DNA of 64,000 nt from Turneriella sp. (GCA_965279515.1 CBDIID010000003.1:4672001-4736000), one strand, 5' to 3'; counted from the first letter of the stretch, positions 46,703-57,065 are shown. Notes: generated by a model from the letters alone, not told the origin. Translations and numbers: made by a program.

Positions 46703-47250
46703 ACGAGATGCAACCACTGCAGCAAAAATTTTCCGGTGACAAAATCACCGCGCCAGAAATTATAACTTAAGAACACTGTGGCGGTGACTGTGAGGAGTAT
46801 CACCAGCACCGAGAACATCTTCCACTGCATATACGGCCCGAAATATGTCGCGGCGGCGTCAAAGGGCGGCAGCGGTATAAAATTCAACACCAGCAGGCCC
46901 CATGTCTGTGTGATGAAGACCGCGGAGAAACGCGCAGAAAAAGTATCAGGTGCGGGGCCCTTCAACAGCACGTAGAGCACTGCTACTGCGATGAGTATAA
47001 CAAGCCACAGCTGGCCATGCAGAAAACGCAGAAGCGGCAGAGGCTTGTCGCGCAGCAGCCCGCCGGGCGCTGCACCGTTGAGCGCCAGACAGGCAAAGCT
47101 CACCAGCGGAAACTCGGCGAGAATCAGCGCTTCTTTATCGCCCGTCATCTTCGCAGCATACCATTCACGGCTGAGCAGGATAATCAGGGCGCACGGTATC
47201 GAGAGTACAAGCGTGCCCGCCTGATCGACTGCCGACGTGAGAAATCCCAC
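46699..47250 (-). CDS. Site-2-protease (M50)-like membrane protein, degenerate
   Basis: LNFIPLPPFD motif and position upstream of trpS; HExxH absent. Confidence 0.55.
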   Translation of the reverse strand: MGFLTSAVDQAGTLVLSIPCALIILLSREWYAAKMTGDKEALILAEFPLVSFACLALNGAAPGGLLRDKPLPLLRFLHGQLWLVILIAVAVLYVLLKGPAPDTFSARFSAVFITQTWGLLVLNFIPLPPFDAAATYFGPYMQWKMFSVLVILLTVTATVFLSYNFWRGDFVTGKFLLQWLHLV

Positions 47251-47453
47251 TAGCCGCCACCCACGTAATGTATGATTTCGACAATGTCAGATTGCGAAAG
47301 CCGGGTGTTATCGTAAACCCCGCGCGGAATCAGGTCGCCGTTGAGTTCGACGGCGACGCGCTGCGGTGAGAGTTTAAAATAACCAATGAGATTCACAAGG
47401 GTCGAAGGATTACCCAGTGATTCGAGATCGAATTTTTCGCCGTTGACTGTCAT
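47250..47453 (-). CDS. thiS: Sulfur carrier protein ThiS
   Basis: VAVELNG, D.VEIIHYVGGG C-terminus. Confidence 0.92.
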   Translation of the reverse strand: MTVNGEKFDLESLGNPSTLVNLIGYFKLSPQRVAVELNGDLIPRGVYDNTRLSQSDIVEIIHYVGGG

Positions 47454-48169
47454 TCGGGGAGCCTCAAAAGGCCTAAGGCAATTATTGCGGCCGAGTCGCT
47501 GCGCAAAACATTTTCAGAAAGCAGAACACCCGTCGCCCGTTCGCGTAGCAGGGCCGTTTCAGCCGCACTGAAGCCGCCTTCAGGGCCGTTGATAAATGTG
47601 GCCTCCGCATGCCTTTTCAGGCCGAACCTGGCCTCAAGATCGCCGAAGAACGTCGTTGCTTTATCCATGGGAATTTCCGCGAGATTTTCTGCGAATGCCA
47701 GCAGCGGTTTCTGGGGGTTATATGCCTGCATACAGGCATTTTCCAGGATCGCGTCGAGCCGCTGCGGCTTCTCGCTGTGGGGCTGCGAGTATTCGGTGTC
47801 GACGAGGGTGATTTCATCTGCCCCAATCTCCGCTGCCTTTTGCAAAATCGTCGCCAGGGCTTTGGGTTTGACCCATGCCTGTACAAGTTTCACGCGCCCG
47901 CCCGCTGTATTTCTTTCAAGGCGGATGTCCCCGGTTTCGGCGATAATATTCCCTTCGCTGATATTTGCCCTCAGCAGTTTCCCTGCGCCGTCACCGACCA
48001 GGGCAGGCCAAAGTTCTTTGCGGCGCAGCACTTTAGCGAAGTGTTCGCTGTGCCGTTCGGGCAGGGGCAGGGATTGTTTTTGTGTTAAGGTTGAATACTC
48101 AGCCGCGGAAAGGAGTATCAGGCTGTGGTCTTTTTGCAGGGAGCGCAGCGATAGATTTTCCGCGCCCAC
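47450..48169 (-). CDS. rsmE: 16S rRNA m3U1498 methyltransferase
   Basis: HFAKVLR, QKAAEIG, GPEGGFS, VLRSDSA. Confidence 0.9.
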   Translation of the reverse strand: MGAENLSLRSLQKDHSLILLSAAEYSTLTQKQSLPLPERHSEHFAKVLRRKELWPALVGDGAGKLLRANISEGNIIAETGDIRLERNTAGGRVKLVQAWVKPKALATILQKAAEIGADEITLVDTEYSQPHSEKPQRLDAILENACMQAYNPQKPLLAFAENLAEIPMDKATTFFGDLEARFGLKRHAEATFINGPEGGFSAAETALLRERATGVLLSENVLRSDSAAIIALGLLRLPE

Positions 48170-48176
48170 CGTTTAA

Positions 48177-48962
48177 CTATTTCTCGATATTTTCTTTCTT
48201 AAAGAGCGACTGGTCGAGGCGCGCAGTTTTATCGACCGAGAAAAATTCCAGGGTACTCACTGTACCGCGGCTGACATCGGCCATATCCCAGCGGACGGGA
48301 AATTCTACCTGCTTCGTGACATTCTTTTCTTCTTTAACGCTTAAAGGCCCGTAGGTGAAAGTCAGCGTCTTCATCAGCACCATCGCCGAGTCATAGTAGT
48401 CGATGCGTTTCAGCCGGTTATCTTTTTTCGGGTCCACTAAAACAACCAGTTTACCGTAATGCCCTTTGTCGAGCGGCAGATTCTCAATGACGGTAAATTC
48501 ACCCTCGTCGTTTTTCTCAGAGCCCTTGATCTTTTGCTGGTAGTTATCCACGAATGAGCCGTTGCCGATGTCGAGATAGGCAAAACCCGAGCCGAGCACG
48601 TTTTCGAAACGGTCGAGGTATTTTTTGTGGAACAGGCGTTTGTCATGGGTCATGTACGCATAGATGTTCTGGCCCTGGTCGTTGTAGAGCAGCTTCAGCA
48701 CGGTGCCGCGCGTCATCGAGTCGAAAATGAAAAAGCTCGCATTCTGTTTCTGGTAAAGCGAGGCCTTGTAGACGACAGATTTTCCGTCCCGCGCGGTAAT
48801 CGTCAGCTGCAGTTTCTGGTGCCCTTCGGCAAACTGCAGCTGCTGGAAAACCCGGTCCATGATTTCGAATGCTGTGCCGCCGATACCGGTCTTGCCCTGC
48901 GCCCAAAGCGCCGCTCCGGTAAGTACCAGGGCCGCCAGGATACCGAGTCTGATTTTCCGCAT
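48177..48962 (-). CDS. Outer-membrane lipoprotein-sorting-protein family (LolA-like fold)
   Basis: Signal peptide; VLGSGFAYLD, RIDYYD....MKTL, FKKENI. Confidence 0.7.
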   Translation of the reverse strand: MRKIRLGILAALVLTGAALWAQGKTGIGGTAFEIMDRVFQQLQFAEGHQKLQLTITARDGKSVVYKASLYQKQNASFFIFDSMTRGTVLKLLYNDQGQNIYAYMTHDKRLFHKKYLDRFENVLGSGFAYLDIGNGSFVDNYQQKIKGSEKNDEGEFTVIENLPLDKGHYGKLVVLVDPKKDNRLKRIDYYDSAMVLMKTLTFTYGPLSVKEEKNVTKQVEFPVRWDMADVSRGTVSTLEFFSVDKTARLDQSLFKKENIEK

Positions 48963-48970
48963 GGCTGAAA

Positions 48971-51739
48971 TCAGAGCAGGCGACCCGAAGCGTCAATGGC
49001 TTTTTCAATGCCAATCACTTCAAGCTTCTGCGCGTTGAAGGCAGAGCTCCCGCCTTTTTTTGCGCCCACGAGCACCTTGCCGAGCGGTGACTTATAAGAG
49101 ATAATACCCTTGTCGACGTCGGCATCCCACTGGTCGAGAATCGAATAAACGAAAATATCGCCGGTGGCGGAGTCACGCAGCTTTACGCGCGTACCAATCG
49201 AAACGGTGTTTGTATCGACGTCGTCGGGGTTGATCTGCTGCACCGATTTGATGTCTGCTTCGAGCTGCGTGACCGAAGCCTGGAGAATCGTCTGGTTTTC
49301 CAGCGCTGCCTTGTATTCTGAGTTTTCCCTGAGGTCGCCTTTTTCCTGGGCAACACCGATCTCTTCGGAGTTTTTCGGAATCTCGATGTTGACCAGCAGT
49401 TCGAGCTTGGCTTTCATTGCCTCGATGGCAGACAAACTTGCCACTGTGCCACCGCTCTTCTCGAGGCGCGATGCGAGCGACTCGCTTTCGCCGGACATAT
49501 CCTGATCGTCGGCCTGGTCTTCAAAAGCTACCGGGTTGATTTCGCGCAGTTGCGATACAATCTGTATTTTCTCTGCGTCGTTAAAGAACGGCACGTCCTT
49601 GAGGAGAGCAGAGAAGCGGCGAACGGAATCCCGCGCTTCTTTCGAGATGAGCTCGATGAGTTCTGCCTTGCCTGCGCCGAAAAAGATATCGCGCACGTTG
49701 TTCCTGAGCTTCGAACCTTTGGGTTCGATCTTCGGAATCGATTTCATCATGCGGAAAAGACCGAGCAGGACTTCCTGCGTCTGACCGGCCGGCAGCTCGA
49801 AAACTCCGCCTAAAATCGATTTCACGGTCCAGAGAAATACTTCTGCATTATTTTTGACGTCTTTCTTGAGCCGGTTCACGAATTCAGTCACTTCTTCGGT
49901 GGCATTGGCGCTCAAAAGATCGGAAAGAATCGTCTTATGCAGTTTTACCGGAGTTTCGAACAGCATCTCCAGGTAAATCTTGCGCCATTCGTTGTGGTGG
50001 CGTTTGGCGAACTTAAGCGCATGGCGCTTGAGTTCAGATTGTTTGATTTCTTCGAACAGGTCGTAGAGGTCGCGCGGGTTGCGGCCCTGGAAAGAATGGA
50101 TGATCTCTGCCTGCTGCTCCTTCGAGAACAGCGGCTCGTCGTCGGCCAGCGCTTCGGTCGCCATTTCGAGCAGCCAGAGGCTTTTCAGCCGCGTGTCTCC
50201 GTCGAGGCTTTTTAAGGTCTCGCGGAAATGCGGGGCGATGAATTCGATCGCTTCGAGGTTTTCTTCGGGTTGCTTCAAAACATCGATGAAGGCCTGGACG
50301 CGGTCTTCAAAACCCTGCGCCGCCTGGAATTTTTCAATCGCGGATTCGGACATGGTGATCGGTGTCTCATGCAGCTCGATCATGTCTTTTTTCTGCGCCG
50401 AAATACCGATCAGTGCGTCTTTCATGAGTTCGGGCCGTACCTTGCCCCACCACTTAGACCACTGTGAGAGCGGAACGTACTTGTCGGTGAGCTCGGTTTT
50501 GATATCGGCGAGCGATAATTTGCCGCCGAAAGATTGCAGCAGAATCTTAAAGAACTGCGTCGTCTCTTCCTTAAAGAGCTTCATCACTTCTTCAGGTTTT
50601 TCAAACTGCATGACCCAGAAGTGCTCTTCGCGCAGCGGTTTCAGTGACTTCAGTGCCATCTGGATATCCATCTTATGCGCCTTTTTGTCTTTAAAGTCGA
50701 TCACCATTTCAGCGGTGTTGAGTTCGACGATCTTGCCCACGCCCCAGCTGCGGTGGAAGACGTAGTTGCCTTTATCGAAAACAATGTTGGTTTCAAAATT
50801 CAGGATCGAAGAGCTTAAACTCTTGCGCGAATCGAGCAGGCCCGAATATTTGATAAAGTCTTCGAGCAGTGAGTGTGATTTATACTTCTCGCGGTAGGTG
50901 CGGATGAGTTCATTCTTGAACCGCACATAGCTCGGGTTATGCTCGAGAATTTTCTTGCTGAGCACCATGACCTTGTCATGGTCTTCTTTTTTGATAAAAT
51001 AATTGGCGAGCAGAACATAGAGTTCGGCAATCATCTCTCTCTGGCGGTGGCCTGAGAGAATACGTTCGATTTTTTTGTAAAAGTTAAAATCGTCGGGTAA
51101 CAGCTCGATCAGGCGGTTCCACGTGGTTTTGAGTTTTTCAAACTGCAGGTTACGGGCAAAGGCTTCGGCAGCCTGCTTGTAGAATTGCAGACCTTTTTCG
51201 AGATCGTCGTTGATAATGGCATCGGCGTATTTTAGGGCGATGTCGGGGTTCTTACGGTCGAGAACGGCGAGCTGCTCGAGAACGGGAATCGCTTCTTTAT
51301 GTTTGCCCAGTTTTTCAAGGGCATTGGCGCGTGCCCGCAGAATCGTGCGCGTCTTGGTGACGGCGAGCATCTTTTCGGAGAGGTAGTCGACGACTGCCCA
51401 CTTCGACGCTTCCTGGAACTGGTCGAGCAGGGTTTTGAGGTGAATGATTTCATCGGGGATGTTTTTCTCAAGCGCCATCATGCCGAGAAAGTAGTGCGCC
51501 GCGATGGACTGGTCGTATTCGCCGAGGTGAGTCTGCGACTCGCTGCGCAGCAGGTCTTGTTTACTTTGTTTTTTTACTTCGTCGAAAATCTGTTCGAGAA
51601 TTTTGAAGCGTGAGATACTGACGTCTTTGGCGGAAAGACGTGTCCATTTTTCTTCGTTGAACTGGCTCTGGATACGCGCTTCGAGGGTTTCGGTTTCTCC
51701 GGCGGTTTTGACTTCCGCAACTGTTTCGGTTTCGCTCAT
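48971..51739 (-). CDS. greA: Long-form transcription elongation factor GreA (TPR + CarD-like + GreA)
   Basis: C-terminal GDLRENSEYKAA, ISYKSPLG; VFHRSWGVG; AGGAG RBS before ATG 51739. Confidence 0.92.
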   Translation of the reverse strand: MSETETVAEVKTAGETETLEARIQSQFNEEKWTRLSAKDVSISRFKILEQIFDEVKKQSKQDLLRSESQTHLGEYDQSIAAHYFLGMMALEKNIPDEIIHLKTLLDQFQEASKWAVVDYLSEKMLAVTKTRTILRARANALEKLGKHKEAIPVLEQLAVLDRKNPDIALKYADAIINDDLEKGLQFYKQAAEAFARNLQFEKLKTTWNRLIELLPDDFNFYKKIERILSGHRQREMIAELYVLLANYFIKKEDHDKVMVLSKKILEHNPSYVRFKNELIRTYREKYKSHSLLEDFIKYSGLLDSRKSLSSSILNFETNIVFDKGNYVFHRSWGVGKIVELNTAEMVIDFKDKKAHKMDIQMALKSLKPLREEHFWVMQFEKPEEVMKLFKEETTQFFKILLQSFGGKLSLADIKTELTDKYVPLSQWSKWWGKVRPELMKDALIGISAQKKDMIELHETPITMSESAIEKFQAAQGFEDRVQAFIDVLKQPEENLEAIEFIAPHFRETLKSLDGDTRLKSLWLLEMATEALADDEPLFSKEQQAEIIHSFQGRNPRDLYDLFEEIKQSELKRHALKFAKRHHNEWRKIYLEMLFETPVKLHKTILSDLLSANATEEVTEFVNRLKKDVKNNAEVFLWTVKSILGGVFELPAGQTQEVLLGLFRMMKSIPKIEPKGSKLRNNVRDIFFGAGKAELIELISKEARDSVRRFSALLKDVPFFNDAEKIQIVSQLREINPVAFEDQADDQDMSGESESLASRLEKSGGTVASLSAIEAMKAKLELLVNIEIPKNSEEIGVAQEKGDLRENSEYKAALENQTILQASVTQLEADIKSVQQINPDDVDTNTVSIGTRVKLRDSATGDIFVYSILDQWDADVDKGIISYKSPLGKVLVGAKKGGSSAFNAQKLEVIGIEKAIDASGRLL

Positions 51740-51787
51740 GATAACTCCTAAAGCCAATTCTGAACGAATGTTCGCTTCAGAAGGCAT

Positions 51788-51815
51788 AAAAAAAGCAGTA
51801 GCAAAAGCCACTGCT
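51788..51815 (-). terminator. Intrinsic terminator in the greA 5' leader
   Basis: Minus strand AGCAGTGGC-TTTT-GCTACTGCT running into a T7 tract. Confidence 0.75.
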
Positions 51816-51822
51816 CTGTTGC

Positions 51823-51851
51823 AAAATGGAGGTTGAAAGTCACGGTGTCAA
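51823..51851 (-). promoter_or_regulatory. Sigma70-like promoter for greA
   Basis: TTGACA-17nt-CATTTT on minus strand. Confidence 0.55.
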
Positions 51852-51939
51852 GGACAAATAGGGCCGCAGGCCATTGCCGTTCCCTGCGTTTTCAGCTTTT
51901 TTGCAACGTCAGCCGGCCCTTTTGCATCTGATATTCAGT

Positions 51940-52671
51940 TTGAGAAAGACATCCCCCCTAAAGAAAAAGAAACCCGTAAAACGGTCACGCCCGCCGGTCA
52001 TCGACCGCGCAGCTATACGTGCGCGCAAACGAGTACGGCATACGCGCTTCAAGCGCGCGATGCGCTATGAGATCGCCAATCTGCTGACGCACGGTATTGG
52101 CCTGGGGCTTGCGGTTGCCGGCACGGCATTTCTGATCGCGCGCGGCGCCGCGGCCCACGATGCGATGCGCGTCGTCGGTTACAGCATCTTTGGCGCATCC
52201 ATGGTGTTCCTCTATCTCGCATCGAGCCTCTACCATGCGCTCTGGCATCCGCTGATAAAAAGAATCATGCGCCGTTTCGACCACAGTGCGATTTTCTTTG
52301 CGATTGCCGGCACCTACACGCCGATTCTCCTCATTGCCTTGCATGGCCCCTTAGGCTGGACGTTCTTTGGCATCGTCTGGGGGCTGGCACTTTTGGGGAT
52401 TACCTTTAAGCTCGTGTTTGGTCACCGCTATGAAGCCGTTTCGCTGACAGCCTACATTCTCATGGGCTGGCTGGTTGTCTTCATCGTCAAACCCGTCTAT
52501 GTCTCGCTTTCAGGCGGCGGCCTATGGCTGCTTTTTTCCGGTGGGATTTCCTACACTGCCGGCACTATTTTTTATGCAATGCCGCGGCTTCCGTACCACC
52601 ATATGATCTGGCATCTTTTTGTGCTCGGCGGCAGCGTGTGTCATTTCCTCTGCATTTATCTCTATGTGTAG
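51940..52671 (+). CDS. Hemolysin III (PAQR) family membrane protein
   Basis: EIANLLTHG, SSLYH, DHSAIF..IAGTYTP, HMIWHLFV..G...H; start uncertain. Confidence 0.92.
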   Translation: MRKTSPLKKKKPVKRSRPPVIDRAAIRARKRVRHTRFKRAMRYEIANLLTHGIGLGLAVAGTAFLIARGAAAHDAMRVVGYSIFGASMVFLYLASSLYHALWHPLIKRIMRRFDHSAIFFAIAGTYTPILLIALHGPLGWTFFGIVWGLALLGITFKLVFGHRYEAVSLTAYILMGWLVVFIVKPVYVSLSGGGLWLLFSGGISYTAGTIFYAMPRLPYHHMIWHLFVLGGSVCHFLCIYLYV

Positions 52672-52753
52672 GTACATAGGATTTTCCGTTTCTTAGAATT
52701 CGCTTTACGCCGCTAACAAAAGGGCCGGCGTTCGCTTCTTGCTTTCGTCCCCC

Positions 52754-55036
52754 GTGAAAATCCTGCTGGTGCTTTTGTCGGCATTGAATCCCGCCGCATT
52801 GTTCGCCGAGAATACACTTGCACCGGTTATGACGGCGGTTTATACGGTTCAGCCCTCGGCCCTGAGTGCAGCCGAAATCCAAAATCTGCATGACTATTTG
52901 CCCGTACCGGCAAATGGCATTAACCACGGTTTTTCACAGCAGCACTATTACCTGAAGGTCAGCTTTACGAACGGGCAACAACCCTATTCGGGAATTCTGG
53001 AATTCCCGTTTAACCGCCTGCGCCAGGTCGACCTGATGACTCAAAACGCCGGTACCTGGATCACGGTTGCCAATGGCGCGAATGTGCCGATGAGCATGAG
53101 GCCTCTGCGGAATGCCGCTGCGGCATTTCCGCTGGAATTTGCACCGCTGGAAAAAAGGACGTTATTCTTTCATATTGCCTCGGATACTGCGATCAAGATT
53201 CAGCTGAATCTCAAAACCCAAATCGGGTTTTTCCAGGGCCGTGCTGACAATCTGATTCTTTACGGAATTTACGCAGGCCTGTTCTTACTGATGATTATCT
53301 ATAACCTGATTCTGTTCTGGGCATTCCGCGAAAAATCGTATCTCACCTACCTGATGACGAATGTTGCGGGCCTTGTCTATTACCTGGCTTTCGACGGTAT
53401 CTGGGCAACCTATGTGATGCCCGAACTGCCGCGCCTCGCGCATGCAACGCAGGCCAGCGCTTCCCTCTTGCAGTCCGGCACTTATCTGATTTTCATCGCG
53501 CAGTTTGCACCTGTTCGACAGAAAAGTGTCCTGCTGCACCGTGCGCTCTATGGCTATGGCACGGCGCTGATGCTGCTCGCTGCTCTCGGGCATTTCACAG
53601 TCGGGCCGGCACTCATGAATAAGCTGAGTCTCAACCTCGCCATCTCAGCGATTTTACTGGGACTCTGCGCAACGGTCATTTTACAGGTGAAAAAAAGTAT
53701 TGCGCTGCGCCTTTTCCAGTTCGGCAATTTCTTCCTTGTAATCGGCGCGGCTGTGTTCATTTTATTTTTTTTCGGCATTCTGCCTGATAATTTCCTCAAC
53801 CGCAATGCGCTGCGCATCGGCACGCTCACCGAACTCATTTTCTTCTCCATGGCACTGGCGACGCGTATCCGCACGATGGATGAGAGCCGCCGCCTCGCCG
53901 AGGTCAGGGCCGGGGCGCGCACACAGTTTGCGGCAAACCTCTCGCATGAAATCCGCACGCCGCTGACGGCGATCGTGGGTGTCGCCGACCTGCTTGCTGA
54001 AACCGAACTACAACCGCAGCAGAAGAAGTATGTGCGGTCACTGCAGTCGGCGACGCAGGCGATGCATGCGCTCGCCAACGACGTTTTGACCTTCGCGAAA
54101 CTGGATACCGACAAGGTGCGGGTCGAAAAAATTTCCTTTGCACCCGGTGAAGTTGTGAGCCGCACCTTAGACATTTACCGTTTCAAGGCGGCTGAACGAA
54201 AAATTACACTGTCGGCCGATCTGCCGCCAGCGGGGGATATCCACCTGATGGGAGACCCGGGCAAGATCGGACAGATTCTGAACAACCTTGTCGGCAATGC
54301 CGTCAAGTTTACGCCGGAAAACGGCAGCATTACGCTGAAGCTAAAGGTTGAGGTCGTTGCAAACAAATACCTTTTCGAGGTGCGTGTCGAAGATACCGGC
54401 ATCGGCATTGCGAAGGAAAAACTCGCGGGCTTGTTCGAAGCCTATGCCCAGGCCGACGCTGCGACCGAGCGACTTTATGGCGGCACAGGCCTGGGGCTTC
54501 ATATCAGCCGGCGCCTCGCCAAACTCATGAACGGGAATCTCGAGGCCGAAAGCGCAGAGGGTAAAGGCAGCACGTTTACGCTGACGCTCTACCTCGACCC
54601 TGCGCCCGCGCTGGTGGCCAAGGCGCAGGTGGATTACGCGCGCCTGGTGCGGCTGCTTCCGCGTCCGCTGAATATTCTGCACATCGATGACCAGGCAGAC
54701 ATACGCATGCTGTTCCAGTTCTATTTTGCGGGCACGCAGCATCACCTCGACAGCGCTGAATCAGCGGAAGAGGGTGTAGAACTTTACAAAAAGCACCACC
54801 ACGACTTTGTGTTTTCAGACATCCACATGCCTGGAATCGGCGGCATGCAGGGACTCGCCCAGATTGCCGCGTATGCGAAGGAGCACAACCTGACCGTGCA
54901 CCGCATTCTCTGCTCGGGCAGCATGGACCCCGCAGAGCTGCGCGGCCAGGATGTCCGCGTTTTGTTAAAGCCGATTCGTACCCGCGACGTCTATGCGACG
55001 ATCATCGAGGCGGGGCATTTCAACTTACCTAAGTAA
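52754..55036 (+). CDS. 7TMR-DISM hybrid sensor histidine kinase with C-terminal REC
   Basis: DISM extracellular domain and 7TM (MIIYNL); LSHEIRTPL; NAVKFT; GGTGLGL; DIHMP; start may be 52739. Confidence 0.9.
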   Translation: MKILLVLLSALNPAALFAENTLAPVMTAVYTVQPSALSAAEIQNLHDYLPVPANGINHGFSQQHYYLKVSFTNGQQPYSGILEFPFNRLRQVDLMTQNAGTWITVANGANVPMSMRPLRNAAAAFPLEFAPLEKRTLFFHIASDTAIKIQLNLKTQIGFFQGRADNLILYGIYAGLFLLMIIYNLILFWAFREKSYLTYLMTNVAGLVYYLAFDGIWATYVMPELPRLAHATQASASLLQSGTYLIFIAQFAPVRQKSVLLHRALYGYGTALMLLAALGHFTVGPALMNKLSLNLAISAILLGLCATVILQVKKSIALRLFQFGNFFLVIGAAVFILFFFGILPDNFLNRNALRIGTLTELIFFSMALATRIRTMDESRRLAEVRAGARTQFAANLSHEIRTPLTAIVGVADLLAETELQPQQKKYVRSLQSATQAMHALANDVLTFAKLDTDKVRVEKISFAPGEVVSRTLDIYRFKAAERKITLSADLPPAGDIHLMGDPGKIGQILNNLVGNAVKFTPENGSITLKLKVEVVANKYLFEVRVEDTGIGIAKEKLAGLFEAYAQADAATERLYGGTGLGLHISRRLAKLMNGNLEAESAEGKGSTFTLTLYLDPAPALVAKAQVDYARLVRLLPRPLNILHIDDQADIRMLFQFYFAGTQHHLDSAESAEEGVELYKKHHHDFVFSDIHMPGIGGMQGLAQIAAYAKEHNLTVHRILCSGSMDPAELRGQDVRVLLKPIRTRDVYATIIEAGHFNLPK

Positions 55037-55586
55037 AAACGGCGCCTGTGCGGATCAGGTAAAATGCCTGCACACACTGAACGAGCATCGTGCCTACCTG
55101 GGCCAGCAGCTGCACTCTCTCAGCCGTAGATATTTTATGATCTTTGGCGGCGTCCTGAAAACCCTGAATCAGGTTGAGTACCTTGGGTTCAAGAACGCTG
55201 TTTACCCAATCGTGTAACGAGAAGCGCACCGTGACCTCCGCGGGGTTCATGTGTCCCTTGATAATAAAACCGTCTTTGCCTTCGGTGACTTCCGGGTTAT
55301 TGGCATATGAGGCGGCATGCTCCATGTCGTAGACGCGCAGGTGCACCGCGGCGAGATTGCGGATCAGCATGTGCAGTATGTTGGCGACGTTGGCTTTTTC
55401 CTGCCCGAGCATGCGGTCGTCGTCCTTCATGTAGCGGCGGATCAGGGTCTCCAGGTGTGTTTTCTGCTTTGCGATCTCGATGAGCAGATCGGCAAGGCGC
55501 TGCTGCCGGTAGTCGATGAGCAATATGTCGCTGAAGATGAAGGCGCCGTTTCTTCTGATATCGAGTAGCTGGTGTTCTTTTGCCAT
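55029..55586 (-). CDS. Hypothetical helical protein
   Basis: ATG 55586 immediately after the tag stop; 185 aa. Confidence 0.6.
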   Translation of the reverse strand: MAKEHQLLDIRRNGAFIFSDILLIDYRQQRLADLLIEIAKQKTHLETLIRRYMKDDDRMLGQEKANVANILHMLIRNLAAVHLRVYDMEHAASYANNPEVTEGKDGFIIKGHMNPAEVTVRFSLHDWVNSVLEPKVLNLIQGFQDAAKDHKISTAERVQLLAQVGTMLVQCVQAFYLIRTGAVFT

Positions 55587-55587
55587 A

Positions 55588-56211
55588 TCAACCCCGTTGA
55601 ATCTCCTTGTAACGAAAGCAGCTGACCTCGTGGTCATTGACCATCCCCGTCGCCTGCATGTGCGCGTAAATGATGGTTGAGCCGACAAAGCTGAAGCCGC
55701 GCGCTTTGAGATCTTTACTGATGGCATCGGAAACCTTTGTCTTAGGCGGAGCGCTTCGGTAGCTCGTCAGTTTATTCACAGTGGGTTTGCCATCGACAAA
55801 CGACCACATGTATTTGGCGAATGAGCCAAACTCTTTCTGGATCGCGAGAAAACCGCGCGCGTTTTTCACGGCGGCGGCGATCTTCTGCCGGTTGCGGATG
55901 ATGCCGGCATCGAGCATGAGCTTTTTGAGTTTGGCTTCTTTATAGGATGCGATTTTTTCTGCGTCGAAATTATCAAAGGCCTTGCGGAAGTTTTCGCGTT
56001 TTCTGAGGATAGTGATCCAGCTTAAGCCTGCCTGCATGCCTTCGAGAATCAGGAATTCAAACAGTTTGCGGTCATCGTGCACCGGCACGCCCCATTCTGT
56101 GTCGTGGTAATGCACATAGAGCGCATCGTCGCCAGGCCAGGGACAGCGCCGGCGTCCATCGGCCGCTTTTTTCTCATAACGGGGTGGGGATGGCTTTTTT
56201 TTGAGGGCCAT
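55588..56211 (-). CDS. tag: DNA-3-methyladenine glycosylase I
   Basis: RCPW..YHDTEWG, QAGLSW.TIL.KR, GMVNDH...C. Confidence 0.96.
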   Translation of the reverse strand: MALKKKPSPPRYEKKAADGRRRCPWPGDDALYVHYHDTEWGVPVHDDRKLFEFLILEGMQAGLSWITILRKRENFRKAFDNFDAEKIASYKEAKLKKLMLDAGIIRNRQKIAAAVKNARGFLAIQKEFGSFAKYMWSFVDGKPTVNKLTSYRSAPPKTKVSDAISKDLKARGFSFVGSTIIYAHMQATGMVNDHEVSCFRYKEIQRG

Positions 56212-56284
56212 CGCTCAGCCATGATTTCCAGAACCAGCGCCAAGCAAAAAAGCCTTACTTGACGCGGCCAAAGCCTCTGGTAAC

Positions 56285-56998
56285 ATGCAGCGTCCTATGT
56301 GGCGGCTGTACCTTACCAATTTCTGGCTTTTGCTGATGACGATTCTGGCCCTGCCGTTTCTGCTCATCCGCTTCCGCCACGGCAACAATACCAGCTTTCT
56401 GATGTATATCTATGCCTGGCTGGCACAATACACGAGCGGCATCCGCGTCAAAATTCTGGGCCGCGAAAATATCCTGCCTGGCCCTGCGGTCTATGTCTTC
56501 AACCACCAGAGCTCGCTTGACGGCATTCCGCTGGGTATGCTGCGTGTGCCGCGGCTGGTCATCATCGGCAAAAAAGAGATCGTCTATGTGCCCTTCATCG
56601 GCTGGACGTTTTATCTCGCCGGCAATGTGCTCATCCACCGCGGCGACGCCCGCAAGGCCCGGGGGCAGCTCGATGCGGGCATCCATGCGATTAAGCGGCG
56701 CAAGGTTTCCATCGCCATTTTTCCCGAAGGGGCACGCAATAGAGACTCGGTGGGATTTCTCCCTTTTAAGAGAGGAGGCTTCCAGATGGCGATTGACGCT
56801 CAAGTGCCTATAGTTCCGGTAGTGATTCAATCCTTCAAACACGTCTATGACAAAAAGGCCGGTAAAATGCAATCGGGTACGGTGCAGGTGAAGGTTTTAC
56901 CGGCCGTCAGCACCGCGGGGTTGGGGCATAAAGAGGCGCAGAGGCTAGCCGAAACGGTGCAACACCAGATGGAAGCCGAATTTGACGTCCTGAAGTAG
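56285..56998 (+). CDS. plsC: 1-acyl-sn-glycerol-3-phosphate acyltransferase
   Basis: NHQSSLD, FPEG, PFKRG.F. Confidence 0.9.
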   Translation: MQRPMWRLYLTNFWLLLMTILALPFLLIRFRHGNNTSFLMYIYAWLAQYTSGIRVKILGRENILPGPAVYVFNHQSSLDGIPLGMLRVPRLVIIGKKEIVYVPFIGWTFYLAGNVLIHRGDARKARGQLDAGIHAIKRRKVSIAIFPEGARNRDSVGFLPFKRGGFQMAIDAQVPIVPVVIQSFKHVYDKKAGKMQSGTVQVKVLPAVSTAGLGHKEAQRLAETVQHQMEAEFDVLK

Positions 56999-57065
56999 CG
57001 CCATTGACATCTCCCTGATAGGGCGAAAAAAATCAGTTTTCATGGGAACCACGTTCTCAATGCAA

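Noticed and set aside
48971..51739. Giant GreA as a novel fusion
   Set aside because: Long N-terminally extended GreA is already known in spirochetes and chlamydiae
55587..55727. N-terminal extension of ORF 55029-55727
   Set aside because: Overlaps tag out of frame; ATG 55586 follows the tag stop
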